Shown piece by piece: positions 8,468 to 17,919 of a stretch of DNA of 17,919 nucleotides; positions within the stretch are counted from its first letter, which is position 1, and every line of letters begins with the position of its first letter. Source of the DNA: Spirulina sp. (GTDB lineage: Bacteria; Cyanobacteriota; Cyanobacteriia; Phormidesmidales; Phormidesmidaceae); the NCBI GenBank assembly GCA_044070495.1, contig JBIPSI010000055.1:1-17919 (forward strand), in the 5' to 3' direction. The notes under the pieces are model-generated. The model searched no databases. It saw only the letters and a program-made list of their open reading frames with translations, and was not told the origin of the DNA. Both the position numbers and the translations under genes were made by a program.

Positions 8468-9103
8468 TTACCAACCCGAATTTTGCATCCACCAACTTTG
8501 GAGGAAATCTAGGTTGTGGGCTACCCAGGCCCCCGCTAAAAAGCCTGCCCCGTGGCCCACCCAAGATTTCCCTGGCTGGAGGGGAAGCAAACCCCATAGA
8601 CTGCCTCCGTACAGCAGCCCGACGAGGATGGCTACTGAAACCGCTGGCATACTGCCCTCGAAGTATCCCCGAAACAGGAGGTACCCCAGGTAGCCAAAGA
8701 CTAAACCGCTGGCTCCCAGGTGGATAGTGCCTTTGCGCCCTAAAAGCCAGATGCCTACTCCGCTGAGGATCCAGCAGATTCCCGTTACTAGTCCAAATAC
8801 CTCCAACCCTTGGAGCACCAGAATTAAGCTGCCTAGGATGACCAAGGGGGCTGAGTTGGCCGCAGTATGGCGAAAATCCTGATGCAGCAGTGGGGCGATA
8901 AGAATGCCGGGGAGACCAACCAGGCGGCGGGGCTGAATGCCCAGGTGACGCCACAGCCGCCGTCCGGTCAGCAGATCTACCATGGCCAAAGCCCAGATCA
9001 GCACCAGCAGGTAGGCCAACAGGGCCACGCCCTGGCGAAATCCATTGGAAAGCGGGGGAATCATTGCGGGGAAAGAGATAAGAGCAATTACGGGTTGGGG
9101 CAT
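8468..9103 (-). CDS. Rhomboid-family intramembrane serine protease
   Basis: Several TM helices, 'APLLHQDFRHTAAN' (H-x4-H-x3-N), catalytic GASG and 'SWVGHGAGFLAG' (His, GxxxG). Confidence 0.93.
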   Translation of the reverse strand: MPQPVIALISFPAMIPPLSNGFRQGVALLAYLLVLIWALAMVDLLTGRRLWRHLGIQPRRLVGLPGILIAPLLHQDFRHTAANSAPLVILGSLILVLQGLEVFGLVTGICWILSGVGIWLLGRKGTIHLGASGLVFGYLGYLLFRGYFEGSMPAVSVAILVGLLYGGSLWGLLPLQPGKSWVGHGAGFLAGAWVAHNLDFLQSWWMQNSGW

Positions 9104-9387
9104 GATCTAGAGGGTTGAGCAGTCTTTCTGGGCGGATTGACTCAAGGCGTTTGCGTAGCAGGTGGTGAATAGAGCACGTCAGGATAGACGCCGATCTTAA
9201 AGCAGTTGATCACCCATTGAGTTGGTGTGCTTGCCTTAGGTCTTCCAGTGGATTCCTTGATAGAACCCTAAACCTGATCAGATAGCTCTAGGGCAAGTAC
9301 GACCGGAATTGTCCCAGAATGTTCTGGGCACCTGGTTAGGCCAGATCCCATAGCCGCGATTGTCTGACCTGCCAAGACCTGACCCGC

Positions 9388-9418
9388 AAAAAATCGCCCC
9401 TCAAACCTGAAGGGCGAT
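9388..9418 (-). terminator. Rho-independent terminator downstream of the DUF4347 gene
   Basis: On the minus strand: ATCGCCCTTCA-GGTT-TGAGGGGCGAT (11-bp stem, one G-U) followed by TTTTT, about 34 nt after the stop. Confidence 0.85.
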
Positions 9419-9451
9419 GGCGCATTGAACCGTTGATTCTCGGCTTTGACC

Positions 9452-11941
9452 TTAGGCGCGGAAGCTGAGGTTGTAGTTGGTGAAGAGGTCTTCTACCAGT
9501 TTCACTTCGATGATGTAGGTGCCCGCCGCCAAACTGAGGTTGTTAATCACCTCGGCTCGGGTGCTGCTGTTGGTCGAAACCTTCACCGGTTCTGGCTCTA
9601 AAGTGCCATCATCTTTGACTTTGTGGATGAAGACATCAGCGTTAGCGGACAAATCGCCTAGGGTTAGCCGGAACTTATTGGTATCCCTGCCCAGGGTGAA
9701 CTGGTAGCGATCAACCGAGTCGCTGGAACTGAGACGGCCCTGGAAGGTGAGGGCACGATTGCCTAGGGTGCCGACATTTTGGGCTGGTATGTCATCATTT
9801 AAGATGGTGTAGGTAGTTGTGGTTAAGCTACCTAGGATCGAGCCAGCACCAGGATTGACCAATTGCAGTGTAATAGTTTCATCTGGTTCAACTATGGTGT
9901 CTCCCACAATAGGGATAACAATATCCTTGGAAGTTTCTCCAGGGTTAAAGGTAATGGTCAAGGGTTGAGACGGCGCAGTATAGTCTGCCCCTGGGGAAGC
10001 TGTGCCACCCAACTGAAGTTGTACCGTTACGGTGGTATCTGATCTGTCGCGTTGCACCCTTGTCACTGTGCGGTTTGTGGTACCGCTGTCGCCCTCTGGA
10101 TCGCTAAAGAGGTCTGTTATGAAAGAGATCCGGCTGGCTTGCACATTCGATTCAAAGGCACCGATGTCAATCCTGCCACCCTGAACACGAGCAAAGCCCC
10201 GCTGATCCTTTGTTAGGGGGCCGCTATAGTTGGGGAATCCTGCATTGATGGCAGGGCTGCCGGCAACTAGGGCATGGGTGTCGGTCGGGCCACCGTTATT
10301 CACCAGAGGGCCAAGAATCTGAGCTACGGGAACGGTGGGGATAATGTCGAGGGTCGGTATAGGTGTTACACCGACCAAACCGCTACTACCATTGAAACCG
10401 AGGACGTTATAGCCATAGGACCGTAGATCAATAGAGCTGGCAATTTCTCTACCCCAGTCTGCTTCGTTACCTGAAACAATGCTATGCCTCAGATCTTCGA
10501 CAGTACCAGCAGCGACGAAAATTCCGCCTCCACGTTCTGCCGAATTGCCACTGAGGGTGCTTTCACTCACTCTCAGGACACCACCGCTGAAGATGCCGCC
10601 GCCTGATACGGCTGAGTTGAAACTGAGAGTGCTGTTTTGCAATGTCAGTCTGCCACGACTGAAGATACCTCCACCCATATCACTAGAGTTTTGCTGAAGG
10701 GTGCTGTTAGTGACTGTCAGTGAGCCATCATTTTCATTGTAAATGCCGCCGCCATGCACACCAGCAGAGTTGACCTCAAAGGTACTTCTATCCACTGTCA
10801 GCATGCCGCTGTTGAAGATGCCGCCGCCATTGGATGCAGAGTTGGCAACAAGCGTGCTGCCACCAGTCAATGTTAGTGTGCCATCGTTGAAGATACCTCC
10901 GCCCCTATCGCTAGAGTTTTGCTGAAGGGTGCTGTGATCCACTGTAAGCTTGCCATTGACATCGTTGAAGACGCCGCCGCCTTCGGGTGTCGAGTTGGAA
11001 CGAAGCGTACAGCCTTGCACTGTCAATGTGCCATCGTTGTAGACACCACCAAAGGAGCCGTTTCCGTCCTGAATGATGAGACGATCTAACGTGACAAAAG
11101 CTTCAGAATTAACCCAGAAAATCCCGGTTTTGTTATTGCCACTCACTATGATGGAACCTGACCCGTAAATAGTAGTTCTAGCAGTGTCGAACAGCAACAG
11201 TGGGCTATTGAGGTTAATCATGCCGCTCTCAAAGCTGAATCTGATCTCATCTTCTTTACCTCGATTTTGATTAGCTTGTTCAATCGCCCAACGTAGCGAG
11301 CCATATTCGCTATCTTTTAGGTTGGTCACTATAAAGAGATCCAGCAAATTCCCATAGCCGACTTTGGCCCAGTCGGTTAAAACTCCGGTAGTTTCAATGC
11401 GGCCCGTGGCATATTCTAAGTCCCAGTTGCCGCCCAAGGCGCTGTGGCCCGTTAGGTCAGTGGAAGCCGCTACATCCGCCCCGGTGAGGCTCGCGAACTG
11501 TTGCACAAAGGCTTGTCCGATTTCCGTAGCCGCTAGGTTGCAGCCAAACAGCAGTAGGTCGGCCCCCGCCCTCAAGGAACCCTTCCAGGACTGCAACACC
11601 CCCGCCGCTCCGGTCAGGGCATCGGCATCGATGGTCTGGCCTCCCAACTGCAACGCGCCATCGCCACCGTGGGAAAAAATCTTCACCGCTGCCAGGTCGC
11701 GGTAGCCCGCCAGCACCGTTGCAATTTGGCCCAGGGCATCGCTGGTGTTGTCCAGTAGATACACTGAAACATCGGGTTGCAGGCCATCGATCAGGGTTTG
11801 CAGGTTAGACAGGGCCGTATCAAAAAAAGCAATCTCCTTTGGTGTAGAAACATTAAGGAGAGTGTCGGACGTGTCAGCGTCTTGGGGGACAAGCATTGGC
11901 CCTGAGACTGACGGAAAGGGAACCTCATTGAGAGTTAGCAT
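9452..11941 (-). CDS. Putative surface/extracellular protein: DUF4347 + right-handed beta-helix (GGGIxN repeats, choice-of-anchor-Q-like end) + Calx-beta + PPC-like C-terminal domain
   Basis: DUF4347 motifs (IFSHGGDGALQLG, LLLFGCNLA, ADVAASTDLTG...GGNWDLE); 'VTNLKDSEYGSLRWAIEQAN'; about 8 repeats of N-S-x(2-4)-GGG(I/V)(F/Y); 'NNGGPTDTHALVAGSPAINAG...DQRG...RIDIGAFE'; Calx-beta 'GTASPGADY...TFNPGETSK...GDTIVEPDET...TILNDD'; PPC 'DRYQF...LSANADV...LAAGTYIIEV'. ATG 11941 preferred over TTG 11953. Confidence 0.85.
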   Translation of the reverse strand: MLTLNEVPFPSVSGPMLVPQDADTSDTLLNVSTPKEIAFFDTALSNLQTLIDGLQPDVSVYLLDNTSDALGQIATVLAGYRDLAAVKIFSHGGDGALQLGGQTIDADALTGAAGVLQSWKGSLRAGADLLLFGCNLAATEIGQAFVQQFASLTGADVAASTDLTGHSALGGNWDLEYATGRIETTGVLTDWAKVGYGNLLDLFIVTNLKDSEYGSLRWAIEQANQNRGKEDEIRFSFESGMINLNSPLLLFDTARTTIYGSGSIIVSGNNKTGIFWVNSEAFVTLDRLIIQDGNGSFGGVYNDGTLTVQGCTLRSNSTPEGGGVFNDVNGKLTVDHSTLQQNSSDRGGGIFNDGTLTLTGGSTLVANSASNGGGIFNSGMLTVDRSTFEVNSAGVHGGGIYNENDGSLTVTNSTLQQNSSDMGGGIFSRGRLTLQNSTLSFNSAVSGGGIFSGGVLRVSESTLSGNSAERGGGIFVAAGTVEDLRHSIVSGNEADWGREIASSIDLRSYGYNVLGFNGSSGLVGVTPIPTLDIIPTVPVAQILGPLVNNGGPTDTHALVAGSPAINAGFPNYSGPLTKDQRGFARVQGGRIDIGAFESNVQASRISFITDLFSDPEGDSGTTNRTVTRVQRDRSDTTVTVQLQLGGTASPGADYTAPSQPLTITFNPGETSKDIVIPIVGDTIVEPDETITLQLVNPGAGSILGSLTTTTYTILNDDIPAQNVGTLGNRALTFQGRLSSSDSVDRYQFTLGRDTNKFRLTLGDLSANADVFIHKVKDDGTLEPEPVKVSTNSSTRAEVINNLSLAAGTYIIEVKLVEDLFTNYNLSFRA
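10661..10935. repeat. 47-bp near-identical direct repeat inside the beta-helix coding region
   Basis: 10661-10707 versus 10889-10935 match at 44/47 nt, offset 228 nt (76 codons); both encode STLQQNSSD(M/R)GGGIF. Confidence 0.9.
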
Positions 11942-12228
11942 GGCAGTTACCAAATGAGGGGTAAAAAGAGATAGATCTCAACACTCAAGGCATGCCAGAA
12001 GTAGGAGGCTTTTGCCTGCCTGCATACCTACATCAAAAAATGGTGAGCGGCTGAAGAGAAAGGAGCGGCTAACCCCGTCAAATATTGACTCTAAAGACGT
12101 TTCTCTGTAATTCTCTAGTCAATATTAGAGGACTACAAAGCGCTAAAAATGTGGAGTTAGGACATCCATATTTGCACTGAATCTCAACTACTATTATCTA
12201 CGAATATCTAGGTGAAAATAAGGAAGTT

Positions 12229-12254
12229 TACATAACCTTTGTTAAGGTTATGTA
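12229..12254. promoter_or_regulatory. Perfect 11-bp inverted repeat in the divergent promoter region (candidate operator or hairpin)
   Basis: TACATAACCTT-TGTT-AAGGTTATGTA between the divergent DUF4347 gene and alaS. The repeat is seen directly; the function is inferred. Confidence 0.5.
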
Positions 12255-12496
12255 GCGACTCCATTCCTGCTTTCTAACAAATAAGAATTGCTCCTGTTTC
12301 GGCCTGTGTCATCGGGTGTATGGAGCCAGACCTCGGCCCCCAGGCTCCTGGCATGGGTCTGGGGGTGAACATACAAGACAGAAGCCATCAAGCGTTTGGT
12401 GACTAGCGGTGCGTTCCAGCCAGGGACGAACAGGGTACGATGGATCTAGAATAGAAACCCTTTACTTTTCTTCAACCCCACCCTTCCTAACGTCCC

Positions 12497-15148
12497 ATGG
12501 CCAAGTCCAAATCTCCTGCTGCAACTGTGATGACTGGCGCACAAATTCGCCAAACCTTTTTGGACTTCTATGCGGCGCGGGGCCACGCCATCAAACCCAG
12601 CGCCTCCCTGGTGCCAGAGGATCCCACGGTGTTGCTGACGATTGCGGGAATGCTGCCCTTCAAGCCGATTTTTCTGGGCCAGCGGGCGGCGGATGTGGAT
12701 CGGGCGACGACCTCCCAAAAGTGCATTCGCACCAACGACATCGAAAACGTGGGCCGCACCGCACGGCACCACACGTTTTTTGAAATGCTGGGCAACTTCA
12801 GCTTTGGGGATTATTTCAAAGAACAGGCCATTGCCTGGGCCTGGGAACTGTCTACGGAAGTGTTCAAACTGCCTGCGGATCGCCTGGTCGTCAGCGTATT
12901 CCGCGAAGACGACGATGCCTTCGCCATCTGGCGCGATCAGGTGGGCATCCCCGCCCATCGCATCCAGCGCATGGATGAGGCCGATAACTTCTGGGCCTCT
13001 GGCCCCACCGGCCCCTGCGGCCCCTGCTCGGAAATCTACTACGACTTCCACCCTGAACTGGGCGATGACAAGATTGATCTCGAAGACGACAGCCGCTTCA
13101 TCGAGTTCTACAACCTGGTGTTTATGCAGTACAACCGGGATGCCGATGGCAACCTGACGCCGCTGCAAAACCAAAACATCGACACCGGGCTGGGCCTAGA
13201 GCGGATGGCGCAGATCCTCCAGCAGGTGCCCAACAACTACGAAACCGACCTGATTCTGCCCATCATCGAAACGGCGGCCAAGTTAGCGAATCTGGACTAC
13301 ACCCAGGCCGACGACAAAACCAAGGTTTCCCTGAAGGTGATTGGCGATCACGTCCGAGCCGTCGTCCACATGATTGCTGATGGCATCACCGCCTCTAACG
13401 TGGGTCGGGGCTATGTGCTGCGGCGGCTGATTCGGCGGGTGGTGCGCCACGGACGGCTGATCGGCATTGAGGGTGCATTTATTAGCACCGTGGCCGAAAG
13501 TGCGATTCAACTGGCGGAAGAACCCTTCCCCAACACCCGTGAACGGGAAGCCACCATCAAAGCCGAACTGAACCGGGAAGAGGCCCGCTTTTTGGAAACC
13601 CTAGAACGGGGCGAAAAGCTGCTGGCGGAAATCCTCAAGCGGGAAGCGGCTTCAAAGGCCAAGCAAATCTCCGGCCTAGATGCCTTTGTGCTCTACGACA
13701 CCTACGGCTTCCCCCTGGAACTCACCCAGGAAATCGCCGAAGAACAGGGCCTCACCGTCGATGCAGCGGGGTTTGAAACGGCCATGGAGGAACAGCGCCA
13801 GCGCTCCAAGGATGCCCACGAAACCATTGACCTGACGGTACAGGGTAGCCTCGATGCCCTGGCGGAACACATCCATTCCACCACTTTTCTGGGCTACACC
13901 GAGGCCAGCAGCACCAGCAAAGTCGAGGCGATTTTAGTACAGGGCAATGCGGTGGATGCTGCTGAAGCGGGTCAGGACGTGCAGATTGTCCTCGATCAAA
14001 CGCCCTTCTATGCGGAATCTGGTGGACAGATTGGCGACCGGGGCTACCTCTCTGGGGAGTCCGTCGTCGTTCGCATTGTGGATGTGAAAAAAGATAGCGA
14101 CTTCTTTGTCCATGGGGGCCGAGTGGAGCGGGGTACCCTGAAATCCGGGGACGCCGTCACCGCCCAGATTGACCGCGCCTGCCGCCGCCGCGCCCAGGCC
14201 AACCATACCGCCACTCACTTGCTGCAAGCGGCCCTGAAAAAGTTGGTGGATCCCGATATTTCCCAGGCGGGTTCCCTGGTAGCCTTTGATCGCCTGCGGT
14301 TTGACTTTAACTGCCCCCGCGCCCTCACCGCCGACGAAATTCAGCAGGTGGAAGAGCAGGTCAACACCTGGATTGCCGAAGGCCACGCCGCCGATGTGGC
14401 CGTGATGCCCATTGACGCCGCCAAGGCTAAAGGCGCAACCGCCATGTTCGGCGAAAAGTATGGAGCCGAGGTGCGCGTTATCGACTTCCCTGGTGTTTCG
14501 ATGGAACTGTGCGGCGGCACCCACGTCAGCAACACCGCCGAAATTGGTCTGTTCAAGGTGATTTCTGAAACCGGGGTGGCCTCTGGCATTCGCCGCATTG
14601 AGGCGGTGGCTGGCCCTGCGGTGCTGGAGTACTTGAACGTGAGGGATGCCGTGGTGCGGGATCTGTCCGACCGCTTTAAGGCCAAGCCCGAAGAACTGCC
14701 CGACCGCATCACCACCCTGCAAACCGACCTGAAATCGGCCCAGAAGGAACTAGACGCCCTTAAGTCGGAACTGGCTGTCCTCAAGTCTGATCAGCTGATT
14801 AATACCGCTGAAACCGTGGGCAACCTGAAACTAATCGTCGCTGAACTAGAAGGAGTCAGCGCTGAGGCCCTGAAAACCGCCGCCGAACGTCTGCTGCAAA
14901 AGCTGGGAGCCGGAGCCGTGGTTCTTGGTTCCATCCCCGAACCTGAAAAAGTTAGCCTTGTCGCCGCCTTCAGCCCCGAGGTAATTGAGAAAAAGCTGCA
15001 AGCGGGCAAATTCATCGGCGGCATCGCCAAACTCTGCGGCGGTGGCGGCGGTGGGCGTCCCAATCTGGCCCAGGCGGGCGGGCGCGATCCGGGTAAACTA
15101 CCCGAAGCCCTGAAATCCGCTAAGGACCAACTCCTAGCCGCCTTGTAA
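12497..15148 (+). CDS. alaS: Alanine--tRNA ligase
   Basis: 883 aa; [60 protein letters not shown]; editing domain HTATHLL and ELCGGTH; C-terminal [14 protein letters not shown]. Confidence 0.99.
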   Translation: MAKSKSPAATVMTGAQIRQTFLDFYAARGHAIKPSASLVPEDPTVLLTIAGMLPFKPIFLGQRAADVDRATTSQKCIRTNDIENVGRTARHHTFFEMLGNFSFGDYFKEQAIAWAWELSTEVFKLPADRLVVSVFREDDDAFAIWRDQVGIPAHRIQRMDEADNFWASGPTGPCGPCSEIYYDFHPELGDDKIDLEDDSRFIEFYNLVFMQYNRDADGNLTPLQNQNIDTGLGLERMAQILQQVPNNYETDLILPIIETAAKLANLDYTQADDKTKVSLKVIGDHVRAVVHMIADGITASNVGRGYVLRRLIRRVVRHGRLIGIEGAFISTVAESAIQLAEEPFPNTREREATIKAELNREEARFLETLERGEKLLAEILKREAASKAKQISGLDAFVLYDTYGFPLELTQEIAEEQGLTVDAAGFETAMEEQRQRSKDAHETIDLTVQGSLDALAEHIHSTTFLGYTEASSTSKVEAILVQGNAVDAAEAGQDVQIVLDQTPFYAESGGQIGDRGYLSGESVVVRIVDVKKDSDFFVHGGRVERGTLKSGDAVTAQIDRACRRRAQANHTATHLLQAALKKLVDPDISQAGSLVAFDRLRFDFNCPRALTADEIQQVEEQVNTWIAEGHAADVAVMPIDAAKAKGATAMFGEKYGAEVRVIDFPGVSMELCGGTHVSNTAEIGLFKVISETGVASGIRRIEAVAGPAVLEYLNVRDAVVRDLSDRFKAKPEELPDRITTLQTDLKSAQKELDALKSELAVLKSDQLINTAETVGNLKLIVAELEGVSAEALKTAAERLLQKLGAGAVVLGSIPEPEKVSLVAAFSPEVIEKKLQAGKFIGGIAKLCGGGGGGRPNLAQAGGRDPGKLPEALKSAKDQLLAAL

Positions 15149-15332
15149 TAGGCTGATACAAAGCTTCGATTGCCTGTCGGCATCCTGGATACCCGGACGC
15201 TGATCGTTTCCATCAGAGTCAGTGCTATGTCCAGTCCTTGATCTGAGCAGCCTATATTGCTCGCCCACGGGTGGGGCCGGATAGGTTCACAATCTCAGGC
15301 AGTTTTCGACTGCCATACCTGAAACGAGAGAA

Positions 15333-15367
15333 GGCCATGAACACCAGATTTGGTGATGTTCATGGCC
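15333..15367 (-). terminator. Hairpin between convergent alaS and DUF4278-like gene; probable terminator or 3' stabilising stem
   Basis: GGCCATGAACA (15333-15343) / TGTTCATGGCC (15357-15367) perfect 11-bp arms; followed on the minus strand by pyrimidine-rich TTCTCTCGTTTC rather than a clean U-run. Confidence 0.55.
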
Positions 15368-15433
15368 CGTAGAAGTAGGTTGAAGGAGTATCAATGCCGT
15401 GAATGCGAGGGACTAAGCTCGAGGGCCTGGTTC

Positions 15434-15610
15434 CTATCGTGTGTAGTGAACTCCGCGATAGGTCATGGCTGCGGATTGCTGATGTTGTGTAACTGTAAAC
15501 TGCTTGCGGGCGTAGGAATTGCCCATGAAGGTTGCTGTTTCGCTAGTAGGGATGGCATCGATGGCGGGGGTGGCGGCTTCGTAGGATTTGCCGAGGAAGG
15601 AAAGTTTCAT
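15434..15610 (-). CDS. Small DUF4278-like protein (58 aa)
   Basis: MKLSFLGKSY...TFMGNSY...MTYRGVHY: three variants of the (Y/F)RGxxY unit typical of DUF4278. AGGAGA (15623-15618) lies 7 nt before ATG 15610; an alternative ATG is at 15613. Confidence 0.8.
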   Translation of the reverse strand: MKLSFLGKSYEAATPAIDAIPTSETATFMGNSYARKQFTVTQHQQSAAMTYRGVHYTR

Positions 15611-15613
15611 CAT

Positions 15614-15754
15614 TGGGTCTCCTATAAAGGGGGCGTTCCGTGGACCCATTCATCATCTCGTAGGTGCCCGACTTGATTGGTGATAGTGGTCTGAGTGTGG
15701 CGGTGATAATTTAGGTGGTGGGGGTGTGACCGGAACATGCTGATCCATGAACAT
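15614..15754 (-). ncRNA. Candidate structured 5' leader, glutamine-riboswitch-like but non-canonical
   Basis: Directly upstream of a DUF4278-like gene; CCACGGAACG (15643-15634); TGGGTC (15648-15643) can pair with GACCCA (15619-15614) next to the SD; upstream TGTTCCG (15737-15731) is complementary to CGGAACG. The canonical 5' CGTTC and GGAAGTA E-loop are not seen. Confidence 0.35.
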
Positions 15755-15774
15755 AGATCACAAGCTATGCAGGC

Positions 15775-15810
15775 ATAATAAAAGGCCCCTGTTCCGTAAC
15801 AGGAGCCTTT
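15775..15810 (-). terminator. Rho-independent terminator of the psbDC operon
   Basis: On the minus strand: AAAGGCTCCTGTT-ACGG-AACAGGGGCCTTT followed by TATTAT, 64 nt after the psbC stop. Confidence 0.85.
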
Positions 15811-15874
15811 CAGTCATAGTGTCTTCAATCTAAAGACAAAGCTTTAGCTGAAAACTAGCCTCAGGAACGAGGGA

Positions 15875-17919
<2,045 letters not shown>

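Noticed and set aside
8451..9118. ORFs 8451-8954(-) and 8867-9118(+)
   Set aside because: Alternate or antisense frames of the rhomboid gene with low-complexity composition.
10560..11060. Spaced DNA repeats considered as a CRISPR array or a DGR template/variable repeat pair
   Set aside because: The repeats are in-frame coding units of the beta-helix. The three mismatches in the 47-bp pair are all A in the 10661 copy on the + strand, but three sites are too few to call adenine-specific mutagenesis, both copies lie inside one ORF, and no cas or reverse-transcriptase gene is present.
12337..12365. GC-rich hairpin CCCCCAGGCTC/GGGTCTGGGGG upstream of alaS as a possible T-box or attenuator
   Set aside because: No T-box bulge (UGGN-ACC) or U-tract, and candidate -10 elements (TACGAT 12436, TAGAAT 12447) lie downstream of it.
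12434..12447. GGTACGATGGATCT as a second LexA box upstream of alaS
   Set aside because: The right half-site is GATC rather than GTWC; better explained as a -10 element.
12446..15213. Long antisense and alternate-frame ORFs over alaS (242, 262, 171, 147 and 140 aa)
   Set aside because: Expected by-product of GC3-rich codon bias in a conserved gene; no independent protein motifs.
15350..15676. 108-aa + strand ORF, and the 71-aa extended start (15649) of the DUF4278-like ORF
   Set aside because: The + ORF is antisense to the DUF4278-like gene. The extension has no SD, whereas AGGAGA supports ATG 15610/15613.

Overview
Cyanobacterial chromosomal window made mostly of core genes; the CP43 sequence type suggests a Nodosilinea/Leptolyngbya-like lineage (inference). 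In order: end of an rRNA operon (5S rRNA + terminator); a 791-aa coiled-coil / degenerate PLD-like / TPR protein; a CxxC redoxin; lexA with an intact autocleavage site and a perfect cyanobacterial SOS box over its -10; a DUF3352 protein; plant-type glycerate kinase; a STAS anti-sigma antagonist; a CpcS bilin lyase; a rhomboid protease (-); a mosaic DUF4347 / beta-helix / Calx-beta / PPC surface protein (-); alaS; a small DUF4278-like protein (-) with a structured leader resembling a glutamine riboswitch; psbC and the 3' part of psbD (-). I saw no transposase, CRISPR array, tRNA or prophage gene, and I cannot claim a clearly new multi-gene system. The best leads are the riboswitch-like DUF4278 leader, the pseudo-PLD/TPR scaffold, the DUF4347 His/Cys domain on a cassette-like adhesin, tandem duplications across two neighbouring stop codons, and apparent avoidance of the HIP1 core CGATCG. 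All family assignments come from motif recognition by eye; no database search was run.
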